64,000 bases of DNA from an uncultured virus (IMG/VR IMGVR_UViG_3300042400_001601) (Duplodnaviria; Heunggongvirae; Uroviricota; Caudoviricetes). The translations under genes were made by a program, and so were the position numbers. The notes beneath the pieces were generated by a model, which was given only the letters and a program-made list of their open reading frames with translations, was not told the DNA's origin and made no database searches. The stretch lies in IMG/VR virus record IMGVR_UViG_3300042400_001601. One strand, 5' to 3'. Of the stretch, positions 58,903 to 64,000 are shown one piece after another; the stretch's first letter is position 1, and each line of letters opens with the position of its first letter.

Positions 58903-59100
58903 ATGGCATACTCAGCTAGACAGACTCCTGCAAACGGTATACAAGTGTTTGATGCCTTAACAGGCACACCGCATTTTTATATTTCTACTATAAATCGCAA
59001 AGTCCATTCGTTTTTCATAAATGGTAACACACTTACAATTTCATTCGAAAACAACGTAACCGAAATCTGGGACCTCACTAAACGCTATAAAATTCGATGA
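58903..59100 (+). CDS. Hypothetical protein
   Basis: 65 aa ORF in operon. Confidence 0.6.
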   Translation: MAYSARQTPANGIQVFDALTGTPHFYISTINRKVHSFFINGNTLTISFENNVTEIWDLTKRYKIR

Positions 59101-59345
59101 TTAATTCTGGCTATTACATAGTAGATAAATCTATTAAGTATATGAACGCTAGAAACCCTCTAGAAGAAGGGCTTTTCTATGACGGAGACAAGAACTGGTC
59201 TCGTAACCCCAATCACGCTAAGGTTTACGGTACAGCTGAATTGGCAATAGAAAAAGCACGGGATTTACAGAAGGAGGGGCCCGTTAAAGTGCTATATATC
59301 GAAATTAACGGTACTAACGTAGGAGTAGGAGAGATCCAATTCTAG
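59097..59345 (+). CDS. Hypothetical protein
   Basis: 82 aa, 4-nt overlap with upstream ORF. Confidence 0.6.
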   Translation: MINSGYYIVDKSIKYMNARNPLEEGLFYDGDKNWSRNPNHAKVYGTAELAIEKARDLQKEGPVKVLYIEINGTNVGVGEIQF

Positions 59346-59361
59346 TTTCATAAGTATCTGC

Positions 59362-59724
59362 ATGAAGATAGTTGTACCTTTAGTACAGTTCCAACAGCAA
59401 CTCAGGATATTTCATTGGCAAACCGAGAGTTACGCTCAACATAAAGCTTTAGGTAAAGCATATGAAGCCCTTGATGCCTTAATAGATGGTTTTGTTGAGA
59501 CGTTTATGGGCAAATACGGGCGCTTGAAATCGACCGAAGGCAACTATACTATTACTCTTAACAATCTAGAAGGTAATGATATTAATAAAACTATTGATGA
59601 ATTTATCACTTATCTAGAAACGTACGAGAGCGAACTTGAAGAAAGTGATACTGATCTTTTCAACATTAGAGATGAAATGAAAGGTCAATGTAACACGTTA
59701 AAGTATCTATTGACATTAAAATAA
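59362..59724 (+). CDS. Ferritin/Dps-like four-helix protein (DUF5856-like)
   Basis: FHWQT..YAQHKAL...Y...D.FVE..MG...NIRDEM...LKYLL. Confidence 0.8.
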   Translation: MKIVVPLVQFQQQLRIFHWQTESYAQHKALGKAYEALDALIDGFVETFMGKYGRLKSTEGNYTITLNNLEGNDINKTIDEFITYLETYESELEESDTDLFNIRDEMKGQCNTLKYLLTLK

Positions 59725-59773
59725 TAATTTAAGCTTGCTTTTGAGCCAAAATAGCTCAAAATGAATAGCTTAA

Positions 59774-60355
59774 ATGAAAGTTGTACAGCCAGACGCTAAA
59801 ACTAGTCTTCTTCTCAACCGTAACTACCAAGCTTTTGCTTTTTGTTCGGCTAGAGCGGCGATCCGTCATTTTATGACTGGTAAAGTAAAAGGGCTAGATG
59901 CAGAAAACAATACTCACGAATTTGATACCTGGTCCACTCCTTATGTTCAACTTCATGCAGATCAGCCCGCTCTACGTAGTGCAAGTCAAACATGGGCTAT
60001 ACCTACTGTTTTAGTTTGTACCAATCATTTCGGTTTTCACCCTCGCAAAGGAGACAACGTTTCGCTAAAAAATCTTTTTAATATCTATAAAGGTACTTGC
60101 CAGTTTTGTTTAAAGCCGATACCATTCAGTCATGCTACTAAGGACCACCTTTATCCAAAATCTAAAGGCGGTACTAATCACGATTTTAATATGGTTCTAG
60201 CATGCCGTAAATGTAATAGCGAGAAAGATAACATCTTTCCTTACTATGATATTAACGGTAACGAGGTAAAACCACGTAAGTTAATGCATTCCGGTGTGTT
60301 CATTCCAGATATCCAAGATGTTAGAGAAGAATGGAAACCTTTCCTTTATATGTAA
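59774..60355 (+). CDS. HNH endonuclease
   Basis: LLLNRNY, CQFC, DHLYPKSKGG, N.V.ACRKCN..K. Confidence 0.9.
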   Translation: MKVVQPDAKTSLLLNRNYQAFAFCSARAAIRHFMTGKVKGLDAENNTHEFDTWSTPYVQLHADQPALRSASQTWAIPTVLVCTNHFGFHPRKGDNVSLKNLFNIYKGTCQFCLKPIPFSHATKDHLYPKSKGGTNHDFNMVLACRKCNSEKDNIFPYYDINGNEVKPRKLMHSGVFIPDIQDVREEWKPFLYM

Positions 60356-60363
60356 AAAAGTGC

Positions 60364-60407
60364 TTGACTTTAAGAGAAAAAGTACCATTATATGTAAATA
60401 TTAAATA
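60364..60407 (+). promoter_or_regulatory. Putative promoter region of leader/tRNA operon
   Basis: TTGACT (60364-60369) with CATTAT (60386-60391); two TAAATA boxes (60395-60400, 60402-60407). Confidence 0.55.
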
Positions 60408-60411
60408 ACAA

Positions 60412-60498
60412 ATGATCAAATCCATAACCAGTTCAACAATTAATCCAGCACAATGCGATACATTCGCCTGGGTTCATTATGAACTGGGCAGGGTTTAA
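60412..60498 (+). CDS. Putative attenuator leader peptide (28 aa, contains all 20 amino acids)
   Basis: Manual translation MIKSITSSTINPAQCDTFAWVHYELGRV*; stop codon lies inside the antiterminator arm. Confidence 0.75.
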   Translation: MIKSITSSTINPAQCDTFAWVHYELGRV

Positions 60499-60555
60499 AG
60501 CAAATTTTCTAACGAAAAACTTTAAACCCTAGGCCTTAAAAACCTAGGGTTTTTT
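60490..60555 (+). terminator. Mutually exclusive antiterminator / intrinsic terminator (attenuator)
   Basis: AGGGTTTAAAG (60490-60500) pairs with CTTTAAACCCT (60520-60530); AAACCCTAGG (60524-60533) pairs with CCTAGGGTTT (60543-60552), T-tract to 60555. Confidence 0.85.
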
Positions 60556-60781
60556 AATGCGAGCTGCCGCTAACCAAGCAGCCAAGACGTCTTATAAGAG
60601 GCATCCAAACCGGCGAATAAAAAGCCGATAGGGGTGAGATCAATAAGTTCTTTATTAGATGAAATAGAGCGGCCCCGGACGCTCTTTAAAACAATTCGCC
60701 GGGCCTTTTTCCTGCCTGCACTGAAGTCTGGGTCCATATCCAGGAAGCAGCAATGCTCTAGGTGCAGCGTGGGACTATTTT

Positions 60782-60856
60782 GCCTCTATAGCACAGTGGT
60801 AGTGCAACAGTTTTGTAAACTGTAGGTCGTTGGTTCGAATCCGACTGGAGGCTCCA
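60782..60856 (+). tRNA. tRNA-Thr(TGT)
   Basis: Cloverleaf; ACAGT-TT-TGT-AA-ACTGT; GGTTCGAATCC; encoded CCA. Confidence 0.95.
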
Positions 60857-60871
60857 TTTTCAACGACTCGT

Positions 60872-61243
60872 TTATACAGCATTGTATGCTGTGTTGTAAT
60901 CTCGATTTTTATTTTGAAGCAATCTATATAAAACTTTGTCGTTCCCCGTTTGTTTTACTTCAGCATCATTTATATACTTATTTACAGTGTTGTAATCTTT
61001 ATTAAGCCAAGCAATAGTACCTAAATAGTATTTTACTATACCTTGAGAATCGTCGGTTTTAGCTTGGGTAGCTGCTTTATTCATCATAGATATAGCTTCT
61101 TGCGTTTTACCTTGAATAGCTAATTCTTGAGCAGCATGCCAAGTGTCTAGTGAAGGAATATTTAGCGGGTTAGTGTTACCCGTATAATTTTCGATTAACG
61201 ATGAAAGATACAAATTTACCCTTTTATCAAATTTCATATACAA
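60872..61243 (-). CDS. Hypothetical helical (TPR-like) protein antisense within the tRNA array
   Basis: 123 aa; MKFDKRVNLYLSSLIE N-terminus; TAAATA directly upstream. Confidence 0.65.
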   Translation of the reverse strand: MYMKFDKRVNLYLSSLIENYTGNTNPLNIPSLDTWHAAQELAIQGKTQEAISMMNKAATQAKTDDSQGIVKYYLGTIAWLNKDYNTVNKYINDAEVKQTGNDKVLYRLLQNKNRDYNTAYNAV

Positions 61244-61251
61244 TATTTATT

Positions 61252-61343
61252 GGAAGCGTGGGTGAGTGGATAAAAATCGCTTGTCTTGAAAACAAGAATC
61301 GGTGATGAGCCGGTCGTAGGTTCGAATCCTACCGCTTCCGCCA
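61252..61343 (+). tRNA. tRNA-Ser(TGA)
   Basis: GGAAGCG/CGCTTCC acceptor, CTTGT-CT-TGA-AA-ACAAG, long variable arm, GCCA end. Confidence 0.92.
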
Positions 61344-61348
61344 ATTTT

Positions 61349-61547
61349 GCGCGAGGGGTAACCAATAGTCGGTTCTTCAATGGGCCAGTACCCTGAGTGG
61401 GCTGAGAAATACCAAGCACAAACAGGAAACCCGTGCCGGACTAGTACGGAAGTAGGAAGAGATGCATCTCGCTCCCTACAAGTCGGGGTTGGACGAAATT
61501 GCTTGGGGCTCTAAGAAGGTAAGGTTGACAGCCTCCCTCGCGCGCCA
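61349..61547 (+). ncRNA. Unidentified structured RNA with tRNA-like acceptor stem and CCA end
   Basis: GCGCGAGGG (61349-61357) pairs with CCCTCGCGC (61535-61543), followed by GCCA; several internal stems; spaced like a tRNA between Ser and Tyr genes. Confidence 0.75.
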
Positions 61548-61552
61548 TTTTT

Positions 61553-61637
61553 GGGAGTATGGCACAGCGGCAACTGCAGGAGACTGTAAATCTCCCGCCT
61601 TCGGGCTTCATTGGTTCGAGTCCAATTGCTCCCACCA
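61553..61637 (+). tRNA. tRNA-Tyr(GTA)
   Basis: GGAGA-CT-GTA-AA-TCTCC, variable arm, ACCA end. Confidence 0.95.
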
Positions 61638-61643
61638 CTTTAA

Positions 61644-61725
61644 GCGGACGTGTCGTAATGGTAGCCGAGATGGTCTTAGAAGCCATTGCTTATGCGTGTG
61701 GGTTCGAGTCCCTCCGTCCGCACCA
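61644..61725 (+). tRNA. tRNA-Leu(TAG)
   Basis: GCGGACG/CGTCCGC acceptor, ATGGT-CT-TAG-AA-GCCAT, ACCA end. Confidence 0.92.
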
Positions 61726-61744
61726 CTTTAAAATAAATATTATT

Positions 61745-62026
61745 ATGAAAACACTAGCATTGCTTATTATTAGTTTGACTATGACCGGCTGCTACGCATC
61801 CCCGGTTATTCGTGGCCCTCGAGTAATTGTTGTTGATCCGCATCCTCGGGTAATTATTGTTGAACCAGCTCCTCGAGTAATTGTAACGAGAGAATACCCT
61901 CGTTATCCTAGTGTTTCGTGGCATATTGATGTAAATTTTGGACGGGGTCACGGTCATGGCCATGTTTACGGCCCTATTCGTGGTCATTCGAATCCTGGCA
62001 TTTGGCGTCACTATCGCCATTGGTAA
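61745..62026 (+). CDS. Small lipoprotein with PRVIV repeats and His/Gly/Arg tail
   Basis: MKTLALLIISLTMTGC lipobox-like signal; TAAATA at 61734-61739. Confidence 0.7.
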   Translation: MKTLALLIISLTMTGCYASPVIRGPRVIVVDPHPRVIIVEPAPRVIVTREYPRYPSVSWHIDVNFGRGHGHGHVYGPIRGHSNPGIWRHYRHW

Positions 62027-62029
62027 TTT

Positions 62030-62117
62030 GGAAGGATGGCTGAGCGGCCTATAGCAGAAGTTTACTAAACTTCCGAAGAGCAATCTTCCGGGGGTTCGAA
62101 TCCCTCTCCTTCCGCCA
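62030..62117 (+). tRNA. tRNA-Ser with anticodon ACT (A34)
   Basis: GGAAGGA/TCCTTCC acceptor, G discriminator, long variable arm, GAAGT-TT-ACT-AA-ACTTC. Confidence 0.88.
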
Positions 62118-62119
62118 TC

Positions 62120-62196
62120 GCGCCAGTGTCGTTGAAAGGCTAAACTACTGTTTGCAAAACAGTTACATGCAGGTTCGATTCCTGTCTGGCGCTCCA
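62120..62196 (+). tRNA. tRNA-Cys(GCA)
   Basis: GCGCCAG/CTGGCGC acceptor, U discriminator, ACTGT-TT-GCA-AA-ACAGT; weak D-arm. Confidence 0.85.
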
Positions 62197-62201
62197 TTTA
62201 T

Positions 62202-62278
62202 GGCGATTGTAGCTCAATGGTCAGAGTATTCGATTGTGATTCGAAGGGTTGCGAGTTCGAGTCTCGTCAGTCGCCCCA
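62202..62278 (+). tRNA. tRNA-His(GTG)
   Basis: Encoded G-1, C discriminator, TTCGA-TT-GTG-AT-TCGAA, CCA. Confidence 0.93.
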
Positions 62279-62316
62279 AATATTTGATTTAGAACGTATC
62301 TAAACTAAATTTTAAT

Positions 62317-62991
62317 ATGAGTTTAGTTTTTGAAAAAATACTACCTTTAGTTAATAAAATTACCGAAAAATTTAATTTGGTATCATATGAAATTACAGAA
62401 GAAGGTATTAAGGATTACGACTGGTATAATAAAATTTTTTATTCTTTTAACAAATTTAGAAGAGCTCATATAGAAGTTCTAGATCGTAGAGAACAAAACA
62501 ATATGTGGATAATGCATACCACCGTTTTTCCGCATTTAGATGATGATGCGCCTATATTTGGTTTCGATATAATTTGTACAGGTAATAAGGTGTCTGGAGT
62601 GTTTCATGATCTATCTATTACAACTAACCCTAACCATCCATTACAGGTAAACTTTAAAAAACTAGTTAGTAATTTAACTTGGAAAAGAGAAAGAGAATTA
62701 CCCGAATGGGGCAAAGCAATTTTTTCGGAAGATATGATCGCCGCAGGTGGAAGTAATACTGAACAAGAACTACAGCAAATAGTGGATGTCTGTTTAGAAA
62801 GCTTAGATGTTTATTTGAGAAACATAGGAGCTACAAATTTTCCAAGTCCAATTTCATCCAAAGAAATGCAGAATAGATATTGCAAGTATCAAAAGATGAA
62901 TCCATACCCAGTTAAGATGTTAACTAATTTTGGATTGACAGAAGAGCAGGCTCGTCAGTTTGTTGAAAAACATCTCTTTCCTGAAGTTTAA
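62317..62991 (+). CDS. Ferredoxin-dependent bilin reductase (PcyA/PcyX family)
   Basis: FRRAHIE, MH...FP, PIFGFD, FHDLS, RELPEWG..IFS, QNRYC..QK.NP. Confidence 0.88.
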   Translation: MSLVFEKILPLVNKITEKFNLVSYEITEEGIKDYDWYNKIFYSFNKFRRAHIEVLDRREQNNMWIMHTTVFPHLDDDAPIFGFDIICTGNKVSGVFHDLSITTNPNHPLQVNFKKLVSNLTWKRERELPEWGKAIFSEDMIAAGGSNTEQELQQIVDVCLESLDVYLRNIGATNFPSPISSKEMQNRYCKYQKMNPYPVKMLTNFGLTEEQARQFVEKHLFPEV

Positions 62992-63014
62992 TCCTTTTTT
63001 CTGTAAATATTGCT

Positions 63015-63620
63015 ATGAAATATATAGCAATATTTTTTGCATTATTACTAACTAGTTTTGCACAAAATTTAAAAGTATCTACTAAGACTACAAACTACAC
63101 TCTAACCACTAATGACACTAACACTCTTATTGCATTTATGAGTGTTAATGCCCCCTTAGTGAGAATGACTGTACCTTCAGAAACGTCTTCAAGAAATACC
63201 TTTCCTACCGGGGCTAGAATATACGGTACATCTTTAACAAACTCGATAGTTCACATAACCGGTTCATCAGGCGTGACAATTATAAGTCCTGAAAACTCAT
63301 TTCGTAGTAAAAACTATGGTTCAAGATGGGAGCTTATAAAATTATCAAAGAATATGTGGTTACTTGAAGGAGATTTATATTCCTTAGAAATGAATGCTTT
63401 TATTGGAGATGATGTAGTAATAAAAGCAGTTGTTGATGCCGATGCTACAGGTCCTTTCATTTATAAGTGGTATAAAAATGGAGTACTAATACCGGATGCT
63501 ACTTTTGCTAGTTTAAAACTTAATAATATAGACCTTTCAACTTCTGGAAAGTATTATGCCATAGTAAGTAATAGAGCAGGTTCTTACACGGGAGAAACGA
63601 CTACTTTAATAGTTAGATAA
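63015..63620 (+). CDS. Secreted/virion protein with C-terminal Ig-like domain
   Basis: Signal-like N-terminus; YKWYKNG...SGKYY..VSN.AG. Confidence 0.7.
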   Translation: MKYIAIFFALLLTSFAQNLKVSTKTTNYTLTTNDTNTLIAFMSVNAPLVRMTVPSETSSRNTFPTGARIYGTSLTNSIVHITGSSGVTIISPENSFRSKNYGSRWELIKLSKNMWLLEGDLYSLEMNAFIGDDVVIKAVVDADATGPFIYKWYKNGVLIPDATFASLKLNNIDLSTSGKYYAIVSNRAGSYTGETTTLIVR

Positions 63621-63638
63621 CTGCATAAGTATATTAGT

Positions 63639-63995
63639 ATGAAAAAACTAATATCTGCTATATTCGCAAGTATTGTATTGACCTCTGCAGTAGTAGCGCA
63701 AGTCGCGCCCGTACCTAACCCAGATGTCTCAGAGACAGTACTAACAAATACAAAAGTTACTTTGACAGCCACTGCTGATGGTACAGCCCCAATTACATAT
63801 GCTTGGTTCAAGGGTACTACCCAAGTAGCAACAGGCTCTACTCTAGTTTTTAATAGTATTCAAACTGCCGATGCAGGGGTATACAAGGCTGTAGCTACTA
63901 ACCCAGGCGGTTCAACTGATAGTAATCTCGCAACGCTTGTTGTTATTACCCCAGTTGCTCCTTTCAATGTAAAGATTACTATTACTAAGGGTTAA
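63639..63995 (+). CDS. Ig-like domain protein with signal peptide
   Basis: GTAPITYAWFKG...DAGVYKAVATNPGGS. Confidence 0.75.
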   Translation: MKKLISAIFASIVLTSAVVAQVAPVPNPDVSETVLTNTKVTLTATADGTAPITYAWFKGTTQVATGSTLVFNSIQTADAGVYKAVATNPGGSTDSNLATLVVITPVAPFNVKITITKG

Positions 63996-64000
63996 TTTTT

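Noticed and set aside
60728..60752. SRP RNA-like GGTCC...AGGAAGCAGC
   Set aside because: Spacing breaks the conserved GNRA-capped helix, and alternative local stems explain the sequence; kept only as unassigned structure
61349..61547. tmRNA or intron-containing tRNA
   Set aside because: Too short for tmRNA, no G3:U70 alanine identity, no canonical T-loop or tag ORF; no recognisable tRNA halves
62062..62068. CTA in the anticodon loop suggesting an amber suppressor and stop-codon recoding
   Set aside because: The 5-bp stem fixes a 7-nt loop with ACT at 34-36, so CTA is out of register; core genes are full length in the standard code
60634..62197. ORF-track entries 60634-60825, 61234-61419, 61441-61686, 61462-61731, 61754-62197 and the 61559 extension
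   Set aside because: They overlap tRNAs or structured RNA; the lipoprotein more plausibly starts at 61745
1..64000. CRISPR array, integrase, transposase, rRNA or reverse transcriptase
   Set aside because: No regularly spaced repeats or matching motifs seen by eye or in the ORF track

Overview
A 64-kb, AT-rich, gene-dense segment of a large T4-like (myovirus) bacteriophage genome in the standard genetic code. All product calls come from motif recognition, not database searches. It carries head genes (gp23, gp22, gp21, gp20, gp13, gp15, gp4, GroES-like), the T4-type replication/recombination core (gp43, gp41, gp61, gp32, gp45, gp62-like, gp46/47, UvsX/Y/W, RNase H, gp55, resolvase, DinG) and nucleotide metabolism genes (nrdA/B, thyX, phoH). 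It also has a dispersed 7-deazaguanine pathway (folE, queD, queE, queC, queF, a class II Gat, a TGT/DpdA-like protein and a PurN-like formyltransferase next to the polymerase) and a glycan island with a ColD/ColC-type colitose pathway between gp47 and gp46. A 7-tRNA array lies near the right end. The most striking find is upstream of that array: a 28-codon leader ORF (60412-60498, MIKSITSSTINPAQCDTFAWVHYELGRV) containing all 20 amino acids. Its stop codon sits inside a perfect antiterminator that competes with an intrinsic terminator, suggesting an 'all-amino-acid' translation-sensing attenuator controlling the phage tRNAs. Other unusual items: a ~199-nt CCA-ended structured RNA, a tRNA-Ser with anticodon ACT, a candidate R-loop origin, near-leaderless genes with TAA(A/G)TA just upstream of the start, and a family of proteins sharing a putative capsid-targeting N-terminus.
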